Source: Alphaproteobacteria bacterium (GTDB taxonomy: Bacteria > Pseudomonadota > Alphaproteobacteria > CALKHQ01). Taken from it: a stretch of DNA of 64,000 nucleotides. This document shows, in pieces, positions 20,492-33,438 of the stretch (position 1 is the stretch's first letter; the number at the start of each line of letters is the position of its first letter). The notes beneath the pieces are model-generated. The model saw only the letters and a program-made list of their open reading frames with translations, did not search any database and was not told where the DNA came from. The translations under genes and the position numbers were made by a program. The DNA is taken from positions 1,383,930-1,447,929 of the forward strand of contig CBDDFZ010000002.1 in NCBI GenBank assembly GCA_965227515.1, written 5' to 3'.

Positions 20492-22015
20492 TTGATCGCA
20501 GATCTGAAAGATGCGCCTGAGTTGATCTCGGTCGCCGAGATGTACGCCGCCGACAAGGCAGCGATGGCGGCCGGCGTGCCCGGTGTCGACCTGATGGCGG
20601 CGGCCGGCCGCGCCGTCGCCGATGCAGTGAGCCTGGAGCGGGCGGGCGGAGGGGTCGTCGTGCTCTGCGGTCCCGGCAACAATGGCGGCGATGGGTTCGT
20701 CGCGGCGCGGGTGCTGGCGGGTCGCGGCTGGTCGGTGCGGGTGGCGTTGCTGGGCGACCGGGCGCGCCTGAAGGGCGATGCCGCCCACCATGCCGCTTTG
20801 TGGGACGGCCCCGTTGAGCCGCTGGCGCCCGGTGCGGTCGTTGGCGCGACGGTCGTCATCGATGCCGTGTTCGGCGCCGGCCTGACCCGCGACGTCGATG
20901 GCGTCGTCGCCGAGACGCTGGACGCCATTCCCGGCGATGCCTTTGTCGTCGCGGTCGACGTGCCGTCGGGCGTGTGCGGCGACACCGGCACGGTACGCGG
21001 CACCGCGCGCCGGGCTGACCGCACCGTCACCTTCTTCCGCGCCAAGCCGGGGCACTGGCTCTATCGGAGCCGGGGTCTGGTGGGTGCGCTGACGGTGGCG
21101 GACATCGGCATCCCGGAGGCGGTGCTGGGAGCCATCGCACCGCAATGCCTCTTGGCCGGCCCGCGCACCTTCGCGGATGACTGGCCGCACCCCTCGGCCA
21201 CCGGCCACAAATACGACCGCGGCCATGTGCTGGCGATTGCCGGCCCCGAGATGAGCGGCGCTGCGCGGCTGGTCGCGCATGGGGCGCAGGCGACAGGGGC
21301 CGGGCTGGTGACGGTGGCGGCACCCCCGGCCGCCGTGCCGGTGATCCAGGCGGGTGCCGCCAGCCTGATCGTGCTGCCGCTCGGCATGGGCGGCGATATC
21401 GACGACGTGCTGGCCGATCCGCGCCGCAACGCCATCGTCATAGGGCCGGGCCTCGGCCAGTCGGCGGCCGCGGCCGACCGGGTGCTCGCCTGCCTGTCGA
21501 CGGGGCGGACCGTGGTGGCCGACGCCGACGCGCTGTCGTGCTTCGCCGGCCGCGCCGCGGAATTCGCTGAGGCCGTCCAGGGGCCGTGCATCGTGACGCC
21601 CCACGACGGCGAGTTCGCGCGCCTGTTCCCAGATCTGGAAGGCAGCCGACTGGAGAAGGCAAGGGCGGCGGCACGCGCGTTGGGCGCGGTCGTTCTGTTG
21701 AAAGGGGCCGACACCGTGGTCGCCGATCCGGAGGGCCGCGCGGTGATCAATCGCGGCGCCCCACCCTGGCTCGCCACCGCCGGTGCGGGCGATGTGCTGG
21801 CCGGTACGGTGGCGGGGTTCGCCGCCCAGGGCATGCCCGCGTTCCGGGCCGCCGCGATGGCCGCCTGGGTGCATGGCCGCGCCGCCGCCGGACTGCCGCC
21901 AACCATGTCGGCGGACGACCTGGCCGGGGCCATCGGCCCGGTAGTGGCCGGGCGCGGCACGAACCCGCACCGAGGCTGTGCCGCATCCTTGACCCGGATA
22001 CGGCAGTTCCTATAG
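20492..22015 (+). CDS. nnr: Bifunctional NAD(P)H-hydrate epimerase/dehydratase
   Basis: CGPGNNGGDG, DAVFGAG, VDVPSG, HKYDRG, IGPGLG, DADAL, TPHDGEF and AGAGDVLAG. Confidence 0.9.
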   Translation: MIADLKDAPELISVAEMYAADKAAMAAGVPGVDLMAAAGRAVADAVSLERAGGGVVVLCGPGNNGGDGFVAARVLAGRGWSVRVALLGDRARLKGDAAHHAALWDGPVEPLAPGAVVGATVVIDAVFGAGLTRDVDGVVAETLDAIPGDAFVVAVDVPSGVCGDTGTVRGTARRADRTVTFFRAKPGHWLYRSRGLVGALTVADIGIPEAVLGAIAPQCLLAGPRTFADDWPHPSATGHKYDRGHVLAIAGPEMSGAARLVAHGAQATGAGLVTVAAPPAAVPVIQAGAASLIVLPLGMGGDIDDVLADPRRNAIVIGPGLGQSAAAADRVLACLSTGRTVVADADALSCFAGRAAEFAEAVQGPCIVTPHDGEFARLFPDLEGSRLEKARAAARALGAVVLLKGADTVVADPEGRAVINRGAPPWLATAGAGDVLAGTVAGFAAQGMPAFRAAAMAAWVHGRAAAGLPPTMSADDLAGAIGPVVAGRGTNPHRGCAASLTRIRQFL

Positions 22016-22105
22016 ACATCCGGGCTTGTTGCATGAACGGCGATGGGCCGCGCCGCACTCTTGACCCGCACATTACGTTGACGATTTGGGTCGCGTCGAT
22101 CGGAT

Positions 22106-22190
<85 letters not shown>

Positions 22191-22265
22191 CCGCCGTCAA
22201 TATGCTGCCGTTTGCTCGCTGCTGGTTGCGCGCTGCCACCGGCCAGTGTTTGGAGAGAAGCCCGG

Positions 22266-23684
22266 ATGCAGGTTACCGAGACGCTCAACGAGGGGTTGAA
22301 GCGCGAGTTCAAGATCGTTCTCACCGCGGCCGAGGTCGGCGAGCGCATTGACGCGCGCCTGGACGAGATGGCCAAGACGTCCCACTTGCCCGGCTTTCGC
22401 AAGGGCAAGGCGCCGAAATCGCTGCTGAAGCGGCGGTTCGGCCAGGCGCTCTATGCGGAAGAGGTGCAGAAGGCCGTCGGCAGCAGCATCGACGAGACCA
22501 TCTCCGATCGCGGCATCCGCCCGGCGACGCAGCCCAAGGTCGACGTGCAGTCGATCGAGCCGGACAAGGACGTCGAGTTCACCGTGGCGCTGGAGCAGCT
22601 GCCTGAGATCGAAACAGGCGAGTTCGGTGACATCGAGCTGGAGCGGCTGACCGCGGAAGTGACCGACCAGGCCGTCTCCGACGCGCTGAAGAACATCGCC
22701 GACAACCAGAACCGGACCGAGACGGTGGAAGAGGCGCGCCCTGCGGCCACCGGCGACACGGTGGTGGTCGACTATGTCGGCACCATCGACGGCACGCCCT
22801 TCGAGGGTGCGACGGCCGAAGGCGCCTTCATCGAGCTCGGCAACAATCAGTTGCTGCCCGAGTTCGACGAGAACCTGGCCGGCGTGAAGGTGGGCGAGGA
22901 AAAGACGTTCGACCTGAAGTTCCCGGACGATTACGGCAGCAAGGAGCTGGCCGGCGTCACCGCGCAGTTCAAGGTGAACGTGAAGGAGCTGCGCCAGAAG
23001 GTCGAGACCGCCATCGACGACGATTTCGCGAAGTCGCTGGGCGCGGAGAGCCTGGACGCGCTGACCAACACGGTGCGCGACCAGATCGGCCAGGAATACC
23101 GCAAGATGGGGCGCGCCAAGGTGAAGCGCGACCTGCTTGACAAGCTGGCGGACCGCTACAATTTCCAGGTGCCGGAGAGCATGGTCGACCTTGAATTCGA
23201 CCAGATCTGGCAACAAGTGGAGCATGCGCGCGAGCACGGCCACCCGGATGCCGAGGACGAGGGCAAGTCCGACGATGAGCTGAAGGCCGAGTACCGCACG
23301 ATCGCGGAGCGCCGGGTTCGGCTCGGCCTGTTGCTGTCGGAGGTCGGCCAGCAGAACAACATCGAGGTATCGCAGGAAGAGCTGACCCGCGCGCTGATCG
23401 ACCTGGTGCGCCGCTACCCGGGCCAGGAGCAGGCCGTCTACGACCACTATCAGAAGAACCCGGAAGCCATGCAGTCTCTGCGCGGCCCGATCTTCGAGGA
23501 CAAGGTGGTGGACTACGTGCTGGAACTGGCCAGCGTCAGCGAGCGCGAAGTCGACGTCGACGAGCTGGTCAAGGCCGCGTCGGGCAACGATGGGGACGGT
23601 GGCCACGATCATGACCACGACCATGATCATGACCATGACCATGACCACGATCATGGGGACGACGCCGAGAAGGGCGAGAAGTAG
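22266..23684 (+). CDS. tig: Trigger factor with a C-terminal (His-Asp) repeat tail
   Basis: MQVTETLNEGLKRE, ribosome-binding loop GFRKGKAP, an FKBP domain, and 'IAERRVRLGLLL'. Lies upstream of clpP. Confidence 0.95.
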   Translation: MQVTETLNEGLKREFKIVLTAAEVGERIDARLDEMAKTSHLPGFRKGKAPKSLLKRRFGQALYAEEVQKAVGSSIDETISDRGIRPATQPKVDVQSIEPDKDVEFTVALEQLPEIETGEFGDIELERLTAEVTDQAVSDALKNIADNQNRTETVEEARPAATGDTVVVDYVGTIDGTPFEGATAEGAFIELGNNQLLPEFDENLAGVKVGEEKTFDLKFPDDYGSKELAGVTAQFKVNVKELRQKVETAIDDDFAKSLGAESLDALTNTVRDQIGQEYRKMGRAKVKRDLLDKLADRYNFQVPESMVDLEFDQIWQQVEHAREHGHPDAEDEGKSDDELKAEYRTIAERRVRLGLLLSEVGQQNNIEVSQEELTRALIDLVRRYPGQEQAVYDHYQKNPEAMQSLRGPIFEDKVVDYVLELASVSEREVDVDELVKAASGNDGDGGHDHDHDHDHDHDHDHDHGDDAEKGEK

Positions 23685-23821
23685 GGGGGCGGCCGGCGGC
23701 AAGGACGTCTGACGGCGCGGCGTGCCCGGTGTGATGCCGGTGCCGCGGTCACAGGAGCCTGGAGCGATCCCAGAGCATTAAATCCAGCCGGTCGCGGACC
23801 GGCGGCAAGGAAGAGTCCGAC

Positions 23822-24454
23822 ATGCAGATGAACACCCTGGTTCCGATGGTGGTCGAACAGACCAGCCGTGGCGAGCGCGCCTTCGATATCTATTCGCGCC
23901 TGTTGAAGGAGCGCATCATTTTCATCACCGACGGCATCAACGACGCGGTGGCGAGCCTGGTGTGCGCGCAGTTGCTGTTCCTGGAGGCCGACAACCCCAG
24001 CAAGGACATCTCGCTCTACATCAACTCGCCGGGCGGCATCGTGACCTCGGGCCTGGCGATCTACGACACCATGCAATATGTCCGCCCGCCGATCTCCACC
24101 GTGTGTATCGGCCAGGCGGCGTCGATGGGGTCGTTGCTGCTGACCGCCGGTGCGACCGGCAAGCGCTTCGCGCTGCCCAATGCGCGCATCATGGTCCACC
24201 AGCCCTCGGGCGGCTTCCAGGGCCAGGCAACCGACATCGAGATTCACGCCAAGGAAATCCTTGCCGTTCGCGAGCGGTTGAACAACATCTATGTTCACCA
24301 CACCGGCCAGGCGTTGGAAAATATTGCCGACGCCATGGAGCGCGACCGCTTCTTCACGGCGGAGGACGCGCGCGACTTCGGCCTGATCGACGAGGTGGTG
24401 ACCGAGCGCCCGTCGGCCGAGGACGCCGGCGACAAGGACGAGAAGAAGTCCTGA
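23822..24454 (+). CDS. clpP: ATP-dependent Clp protease proteolytic subunit
   Basis: [26 protein letters not shown] and MVHQP. Confidence 0.97.
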   Translation: MQMNTLVPMVVEQTSRGERAFDIYSRLLKERIIFITDGINDAVASLVCAQLLFLEADNPSKDISLYINSPGGIVTSGLAIYDTMQYVRPPISTVCIGQAASMGSLLLTAGATGKRFALPNARIMVHQPSGGFQGQATDIEIHAKEILAVRERLNNIYVHHTGQALENIADAMERDRFFTAEDARDFGLIDEVVTERPSAEDAGDKDEKKS

Positions 24455-24669
24455 CACGAAAATTGCATGGCATAGGGCACGGCACGGCGGCTCGGCGCGG
24501 TTTAACGCGATATTGATAGCGGTCGTGTAGTTTACGGGTTTGGGGCGTGGCATACGCCGGCCGGCAGCGGTTACGTTCTGTTGCGCGTTGCGGCTTGGAT
24601 TGTGTAACGCTACGCCTTAGGTTACTGACGCATTAAGACGCGTCGCGACGCAGTTGAATTGGAGCGGAC

Positions 24670-25935
24670 ATGACGAAGTCCAACGGCGGGGACACCAAGA
24701 ACACGCTGTACTGCTCGTTCTGTGGCAAGAGCCAGCACGAGGTACGCAAGCTGATCGCGGGTCCCACGGTGTTCATCTGCGACGAGTGCGTCGAACTGTG
24801 CATGGACATCATCCGCGAGGAGAGCAAGACCACCCTGGTCAAGTCACGCGATGGCGTGCCGACTCCCGCGGAGATCAACGAGGTCCTGAACGACTACGTC
24901 ATCGGCCAGGGGCATGCCAAGCGCGTGCTGTCGGTGGCGGTGCACAACCACTACAAACGGCTGGCCCACGGCACGAAGTCCAACGACGTCGAGCTTGGCA
25001 AGTCCAACATCCTGCTGATCGGCCCCACCGGTTGCGGCAAGACCTTGCTGGCCCAGACCTTGGCCAGAATCCTGGACGTGCCGTTCACCATGGCGGACGC
25101 GACCACGCTGACCGAGGCCGGCTACGTCGGCGAGGATGTCGAGAACATCATCCTGAAGCTGCTGCAGTCTGCCGACTACAACGTCGAGCGGGCGCAGCGC
25201 GGCATCGTCTATATCGACGAGGTCGACAAGATCAGCCGCAAGTCCGACAACCCGTCGATCACTCGCGACGTCTCGGGCGAGGGCGTGCAGCAGGCGCTTC
25301 TGAAGATCATGGAAGGCACCGTTGCCAGCGTGCCGCCCCAGGGTGGCCGCAAGCATCCGCAGCAGGAGTTCCTGCAGGTCGACACGACCAACATCCTGTT
25401 CATCTGCGGTGGCGCGTTCGCCGGCCTGGAAAAGATCATCTCCCAGCGCAATCAGGGAACGTCCATCGGCTTCGGCGCCAACGTGCGCGGTCCCGACGAC
25501 CGCAAGACCGGCGAGTTGCTGGCGGAAGTGGAGCCCGAGGATCTGCTGCAGTTCGGCCTGATCCCGGAGTTCATCGGCCGTATGCCGGTGATCGCCACGC
25601 TGCGTGACCTGGATACCGCCGCGCTGATGGACATTCTGACCAAGCCGAAGAACGCCCTGGTCAAGCAGTACCAGCGCATGTTCGAGATGGAAGGCGTGAA
25701 GCTGACCTTCACCGACGACGCGATGATGGCGGTGGCGCAGAAGGCCATTGCCCGCAAGACCGGCGCACGTGGCTTGCGCAGCATCATGGAGGGCATTCTG
25801 CTCGATTCCATGTACGAGCTGCCGGGGCTGGAGAGCGTCGAGGAGATCGTGGTCAACGGCGAAGTGGTCGAGGGCCGCGCACAGCCGCTGTACGCCTATT
25901 CCGACGCAGCCAAGGACCAGGGCGCGACCGCCTGA
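24670..25935 (+). CDS. clpX: ATP-dependent Clp protease ATP-binding subunit
   Basis: Zinc finger CSFCGK...[26 protein letters not shown] loop and IGF loop. Confidence 0.97.
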   Translation: MTKSNGGDTKNTLYCSFCGKSQHEVRKLIAGPTVFICDECVELCMDIIREESKTTLVKSRDGVPTPAEINEVLNDYVIGQGHAKRVLSVAVHNHYKRLAHGTKSNDVELGKSNILLIGPTGCGKTLLAQTLARILDVPFTMADATTLTEAGYVGEDVENIILKLLQSADYNVERAQRGIVYIDEVDKISRKSDNPSITRDVSGEGVQQALLKIMEGTVASVPPQGGRKHPQQEFLQVDTTNILFICGGAFAGLEKIISQRNQGTSIGFGANVRGPDDRKTGELLAEVEPEDLLQFGLIPEFIGRMPVIATLRDLDTAALMDILTKPKNALVKQYQRMFEMEGVKLTFTDDAMMAVAQKAIARKTGARGLRSIMEGILLDSMYELPGLESVEEIVVNGEVVEGRAQPLYAYSDAAKDQGATA

Positions 25936-25969
25936 TTGGGCGCGCGCCCGGTGCCGGGTGCGGGCCGGG

Positions 25970-25998
25970 CTTGATTAAGTCCTCGGCCGGAACCATCT
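25970..25998 (+). promoter_or_regulatory. Putative RpoH (sigma32) promoter of lon
   Basis: CTTGAT-N15-AACCATCT resembles the heat-shock promoter consensus and lies upstream of a typical RpoH target. Confidence 0.4.
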
Positions 25999-26140
25999 CT
26001 GCTTGGTAGCGCAGGCGTCAGAACGGCCCCGCGCCCTATCGATTGGCCGGCAGCTTCGTGCGGCGAAAGCCCATGGCACGGCGCCAGCCAGCCGTCTCCG
26101 GCTCCCGGATTGACGGAAACCCCAGCCAGGGATCACTGCA

Positions 26141-28543
<2,403 letters not shown>

Positions 28544-28871
28544 CAATTCGACTGGTGTGCCGGCTGCCGAATACGGTGGCCGGCACGACCGTTTCATGGC
28601 CGGGTCGGCTCCCAACCGCTTGAAATCGTTTGCAACCCTGCCCGTCTCGGTGCAGCATGATTGCGGGATGCGCGTCGTGACTCGGTCGCCAGCGCATGGC
28701 AGCGCCAGTTCTGAAGCCCGCTTGCCAGAGTGTCGCGCAATCGAAAAATTGTTGTAACACCGTGGTGACGGAATTGACGCTCAATAACCCCGGCAGTACA
28801 CTCTGCGCCCTGAATCCCACGGATTTCCTCGATTCTCTCCGCCAATCACAAATAGAAGGGGGACCCCCGAA

Positions 28872-29144
28872 GTGAACAAAAACGAACTCGTCGCTGCCGT
28901 TGCTGACCAATCCGGCCTTTCCCGCGCTGACGCAGGTCGCGCGGTTGATTCTGTGTTCGACGCGATCACGGATGCGTTGAAGAAGGGCGATGAGGTGCGA
29001 TTGGTTGGCTTCGGGTCCTTCGCGGTCAGCCGCCGTGCGGCCAGCAAGGGGCGCAACCCGCGCACCGGCCAGCCGATCGACATTCCGGCGTCCAATCAGC
29101 CGAAGTTCAAGGCTGGCAAGGGCCTGAAGGACTCCTTGAACTAG
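28872..29144 (+). CDS. hup: HU family DNA-binding protein
   Basis: MNKNELV..., VRLVGFGSF, GRNPRTG and PKFKAGKGLKD. Follows lon. Confidence 0.95.
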   Translation: MNKNELVAAVADQSGLSRADAGRAVDSVFDAITDALKKGDEVRLVGFGSFAVSRRAASKGRNPRTGQPIDIPASNQPKFKAGKGLKDSLN

Positions 29145-29464
29145 GTCAGCATATTGCGCGCTGGCCACTCCGCAGGAGCGGCCGGCCGCCTCGTTAGTAT
29201 ATTGCAAGACGGTTGTTTCGCCGGCTCGCACCGTCGCCAGGATCGGATACCGATCGGGTGAAGGGCGGGCCGGTTTCGATTCGTGCGGCCGCCGGTTGCC
29301 GCCCGCTGTCGCCAGTCCATTCCCGCGCGCAGTTCCAGCATGGAACGCCACCTGATCTATGTTGTTGAAGAAAGGCCCTGCCAGGGCCTTGCCGGAGCGC
29401 CGCGCCACCGATCGTGGCACGAACCGCACTCGGTCCCAGGGCGTTGCATAGCGAGGGCGCGCGC

Positions 29465-30370
29465 ATGGACACGGTGATCGAGAAGCTGGACTCGTTCTGG
29501 GTCGGCTTCCTCAAGCTGCTGCCGCAATTCGGTATCGCGCTGGCGATCCTGGTTCTGACGTGGCTGTTGTCGGTGTTCGTCAGCAAGGCGATCGGTCGCC
29601 TGTTCGCCACCAGCATGCGCCATTCCCTGCGCGACCTGCTCGACCGGCTGATCACGGTGGCGCTGTGGTTTGCCGGCATTCTGGTTGCCGCGACAGTGGC
29701 CTTTCCGTCGCTGTCGCCGGAGGAGTTGCTCGCCACCATCGGCATCGGCTCCATCGCGGTCGGCTTCGCGTTCCAGGACATCTTCGAGAACTTCTTCGCC
29801 GGCATCCTGATCCTGTTCCGCGAGCCCTTCCGGATCGGCGACTACGTGGAATGCAACGACATCGACGGCTGGGTGCAGCGCATCACCATTCGTGACACGC
29901 ACCTGCGCAAGACCACCGGCGAGCGGGTGGTGATGCCGAACGCCATGTTGTTCAAGAACCCGGTGCACGTGATCACCGACCAGCCGATCCGGCGCACGAC
30001 GGTGATCTGCGGCGTGGCCTATGGCGAGGATGTGGACGCCTCGCGCGACGTCATCCGCCAGGCGGTGGAGGCCTGCGAGAGCGTGGAGACGGAGAAGCCG
30101 ATCCAGATCTTCGCCCACGGCTTCGCCTCCAGCAGCATAGACTTCGAGGTGACGTGGTGGACCGGTTCGGCGCCGGTCGATATCCGCCGCTCCCGCGACG
30201 AGGTGGTGGCCGCGGTCAAGCGCGCCCTCGACGCGGCCGGTATCGAGATCCCGTTCCCGTACCGCACGCTCACCTTCAAGCAGCCGCTGGAAGTGCAACG
30301 GGCGGAAGCCGGCGGTGGCAGCGGCTCGGCTACGGCCTCGGCGCGCGACGTTCCGGCCGACGACCGGTAG
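29465..30370 (+). CDS. Small-conductance mechanosensitive channel (MscS family)
   Basis: Three TM segments, 'GIGSIAVGFAFQDIFENFFAG', 'PFRIGD', 'V.MPN' and 'GIEIPFP'. Confidence 0.88.
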   Translation: MDTVIEKLDSFWVGFLKLLPQFGIALAILVLTWLLSVFVSKAIGRLFATSMRHSLRDLLDRLITVALWFAGILVAATVAFPSLSPEELLATIGIGSIAVGFAFQDIFENFFAGILILFREPFRIGDYVECNDIDGWVQRITIRDTHLRKTTGERVVMPNAMLFKNPVHVITDQPIRRTTVICGVAYGEDVDASRDVIRQAVEACESVETEKPIQIFAHGFASSSIDFEVTWWTGSAPVDIRRSRDEVVAAVKRALDAAGIEIPFPYRTLTFKQPLEVQRAEAGGGSGSATASARDVPADDR

Positions 30371-30457
30371 ACAGCCGCGTGCTTGCGCGCTGCGTTGCAT
30401 TCGCGCACGCATTGTGGCATTGCCACCGTTCCGACGACCGGTAGCCCGGGTCGGATT

Positions 30458-30533
30458 GGGCGGTTAGCTCAGCTGGAAGAGCATCTCGTTTACACCGAGA
30501 GGGTCGGCGGTTCGAGCCCGTCACCGCCCACCA
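30458..30533 (+). tRNA. tRNA-Val (anticodon TAC)
   Basis: GGGCGGTTAGCTCAG..., anticodon arm TCTCG-TTTACAC-CGAGA, GGTTCGAGCCC T-arm, and 3' CCA. Confidence 0.96.
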
Positions 30534-30587
30534 CTTACCTGATTGATTTTGCGTTGTTTTTTGATTTCAGCCTGAACGCGGCCAGAG

Positions 30588-30735
30588 CGCCTTGCGTTTG
30601 ATCCGCACCAGTCCGCTCCCATTTCCATGCGGTCGTGCATTCGCACAGCCTGTCTGGCACCCGGCCGCCCAGCGATCGTATCCGGTCTGGGCGGCCAGGT
30701 GGGGGTGCGGGGCTGGTGCCGACTCAGCGCAAGCG
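30588..30735. repeat. Long imperfect hairpin element, left copy (pairs with 42857-42956)
   Basis: Core CACCCGGCCGCCCA-16 nt-TGGGCGGCCAGGTG with outer arms GCACCAG / CTGGTGC. Homologous to the element just after the giant TpsA-like gene. Confidence 0.75.
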
Positions 30736-30775
30736 AACCGCGATCCAGAGTCCAGTTGCTCGGTGAGGTCGTGGA

Positions 30776-31690
30776 TCAGACACCGTTGGCAATGAACTTG
30801 TCGTCTAGGAACTTCTTTGCCCGCGGAATATCGGATTCGTCGAGGTGCTCGATGATCACCGCGATGTTCGGATGTTTTTCCGACAAACGCTGCAGATAGA
30901 GATCGTAGTTCAGTTCGCCCAAACCCGGGGCCGGCAACTCGATCTCGCCAACACCGCGGAACGTGTGACTCTCCAGCGCATCGTCATCGCCGATGTCGGC
31001 GTGTTTCTCGGACTTGTCGTCGCCGGAACGTTTGACGTCCTTGGCGTGGGCGATGTGAATGTGGTGCCACAGCGTATCGAACATTTGGTTCAGGATCTCG
31101 TCCATACGGTCGATATTGTGAGACTCGAAATAGTTCGTTGGGTCCATCAACAGGCCGAGGCCCGGATGGTCGACCTGGGCGAACAGCTTCACCGTCTCTT
31201 CGACTGAGCCGACCACGTTATTGACGTAGGTTTCCAACAGGAAGATGGCGCCATGGTCGTAGGCGGTTTGGGCCAAGTCGGCGATCACGTCGCGGCAGTC
31301 CTCAAATCCCTCTTCTGTCTTGTTCTTGGGGTGGTGCACCCAGTCGGACTCGGTGTCGAACGTGCCGGTTTCCGAAATCACGTACGGCGTGCCGAAGTGG
31401 CGGGCATTGCGGATGATTTCCTTCAGGTATCCAACGCGCCTTGCACGCTCCGCCGGATCGGGATGGACGATGTTGGTATAACCGGAAATGCAGCAGATCG
31501 GCGCATTGTGGGCGCGGAATGTGTCGCGCACCTTTTTTGCCTTTTCCTCGGTGATCTGCCCCGCAGACAGATCCAGATCCTTGAAGTGAAGATCGAGCTG
31601 AGCGGTGGTGAAGCCCTGCGCGGCGATTTTGGACGCCGTCTCTTCAAGGCCATATGGATAGTAGCCGGTGAAAATGCCAGCGTGCATCAT
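30776..31690 (-). CDS. Sugar phosphate isomerase/epimerase (xylose isomerase-like TIM barrel)
   Basis: Metal-ligand pattern 'FLLET', 'MDPTN', 'HAKD' and 'IIEH', plus 'PGLGELNY'. Confidence 0.8.
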   Translation of the reverse strand: MMHAGIFTGYYPYGLEETASKIAAQGFTTAQLDLHFKDLDLSAGQITEEKAKKVRDTFRAHNAPICCISGYTNIVHPDPAERARRVGYLKEIIRNARHFGTPYVISETGTFDTESDWVHHPKNKTEEGFEDCRDVIADLAQTAYDHGAIFLLETYVNNVVGSVEETVKLFAQVDHPGLGLLMDPTNYFESHNIDRMDEILNQMFDTLWHHIHIAHAKDVKRSGDDKSEKHADIGDDDALESHTFRGVGEIELPAPGLGELNYDLYLQRLSEKHPNIAVIIEHLDESDIPRAKKFLDDKFIANGV

Positions 31691-31709
31691 GCGTTGGGTC
31701 CTCCCTTAG

Positions 31710-32798
31710 TTACGCTGTTCTGATTTCGTCGAGCTTCACCGTTCGCCTCTCCGCGATGGAGCGGTAACCGGCTTCGATCAGCTCAACTGTTTTGACGTTG
31801 TCAGCCACCGACAATGCCGGCGGCTCGCCCGAAGCCACGGCATGTTGCAGTTGCTCCATCACCCCAATGAAGGCATGTGGAAACCACATCGTTTCCCAGC
31901 TGGGTGACACCCAATTGCCTCCGGTGGTCGTCCGCGAGGCATAGCTCAGAGTGGATGCAACTCCCGTCGGCCAGCCGATTGTGCCCTTGGCGACCCCGTC
32001 GGTGCCGTCCACACGAAATGTGATGTGCTGGTCGTCCTCGTAGCCTTCTTCGCGCGGCCCCGACCAAACATCCTCCAGGCTGACCGCCAGCACCCCATTC
32101 TCGAACCGCAGCGTGGAAACGCAGATGCCATCTGTATGGTCGAATTCGGTGCGTGGGTCCTGGCGAACCACCGTGGTGATCTCGGTCGGCTCACCAAACA
32201 GGAAGCGCAGTACGTCCAGGTGATGCACGCTCATATTCGACAGCGTCAGCCGATTGTACGCTCTCAGAAAATCCTGCCAGTGCGGAATGGCGTGCATGTC
32301 GATCTGCGCGAACACGATCGCGCCGAGTTCCTGTCGATCCAGGATCTGCTTCAGCACCTGCATCGACTGATCGTAACGCATGTTCTGATTTACCGAGAGA
32401 ATCTTGCCGGCCGCTGCCGCTTCATCCCGCAGCGCGCGTGCCTCTTGCAGGGACAGTGCAAGCGGCTTCTGGGCCAAAATCGCCTTCACATGAGGCTGGG
32501 CCAGCGCAGCGCGGATCAGAGCCGGCTGCTGGTCGGGAGGATAGGCGATGTCGACGATCTCGACCTCAGGGTCGGCGATCAAGTCCTCTGGCGTGTCGTG
32601 CACGCGGCTGATGTTCCATCGTTCAGCAACGGCCTGTGCCCGGGTCTTCGTGCGACTGGCGATCGCGACCACAGGAAAGCCGGCTTCGGCATACGCAGCG
32701 AGGTGACATTCGGCCATGATCATGCCTGCGCCAATTGCGCCGATCTTGGCGCTCCGGCTGCGCACGGCCACGTCAGGGCGGTAGGATAGGCTAGTCAT
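31710..32798 (-). CDS. Gfo/Idh/MocA family NAD(P)-dependent oxidoreductase
   Basis: Rossmann motif IGAIGAGMI, QKPLA, NQNMRY and 'SVHHLD'. Confidence 0.85.
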   Translation of the reverse strand: MTSLSYRPDVAVRSRSAKIGAIGAGMIMAECHLAAYAEAGFPVVAIASRTKTRAQAVAERWNISRVHDTPEDLIADPEVEIVDIAYPPDQQPALIRAALAQPHVKAILAQKPLALSLQEARALRDEAAAAGKILSVNQNMRYDQSMQVLKQILDRQELGAIVFAQIDMHAIPHWQDFLRAYNRLTLSNMSVHHLDVLRFLFGEPTEITTVVRQDPRTEFDHTDGICVSTLRFENGVLAVSLEDVWSGPREEGYEDDQHITFRVDGTDGVAKGTIGWPTGVASTLSYASRTTTGGNWVSPSWETMWFPHAFIGVMEQLQHAVASGEPPALSVADNVKTVELIEAGYRSIAERRTVKLDEIRTA

Positions 32799-33438
32799 TT
32801 CTCGTCACTCCGCTGTCACTCCGCAGTCGCTCGCCCAGGCAGCGTCGACGTCGGATTGAGGCGGGCGGGACCGAATGACAACCACCGCAAGATTTTCGTC
32901 GACATCCAAAAGGGGCCGCGCGAGACGGCCCACTTCGCCAGGTGGCAGCATGTGGTCGCTGGTTCCATTTGCCCGCACGACGCCATCCTAGCGTGGAACA
33001 GTTCGTTGCCATTCATAAAATGCGGTCCAACCCGGACTGACAAACACCTTCGATACATGCCAGAGCCTTTTTTCGCTCAGGCGCCGCCAGTTCTGTTTCC
33101 GGTCCGGCGCGGCGTTCCGCCAACAGCAGACCGATATTTCGGCGCCTTGTGCGACAGGCGTGGCAGGCGTTCGCGCAAATGTAGGCTCAAGTTGCTGTGC
33201 TGCACGCGCGTGACGAGTTTATGACGGTGGACAGATCGGTATAGTAATTGGTACATCAATTTGGCGATTGGTCCCGCAGCGATCGGGGGTTTGTCGTCAA
33301 GCACCAGTGCTGCCGCGATGTTTTGGGGTATGCGGGCTAGTCTGGAAATAGAAACGCGTCGAGGCGTTGCCTCGCCCATTGCTGGACCCTTTTCTCGGTT
33401 CGGCAACGCACCTCTTTTCGCCTGAGTTCGCAGCGGCG

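Noticed and set aside
24502-24516. CtrA-like box TTAA-N7-TTGA upstream of clpX
   Set aside because: One mismatch in a short motif with no independent support.
30458-30600. Classical integrase-driven island or prophage at tRNA-Val
   Set aside because: I found no integrase, no phage genes and no duplicated tRNA 3' end in the window.
30588-30735. Integron attC site
   Set aside because: No clear RYYYAAC/GTTRRRY core sites, no array of small cassettes and no intI.
32791-33224. Short ORFs in the spacer between the Gfo/Idh/MocA gene and the AraC gene
   Set aside because: No recognisable motifs, ribosome-binding sites or coding-like codon bias in the frames read.
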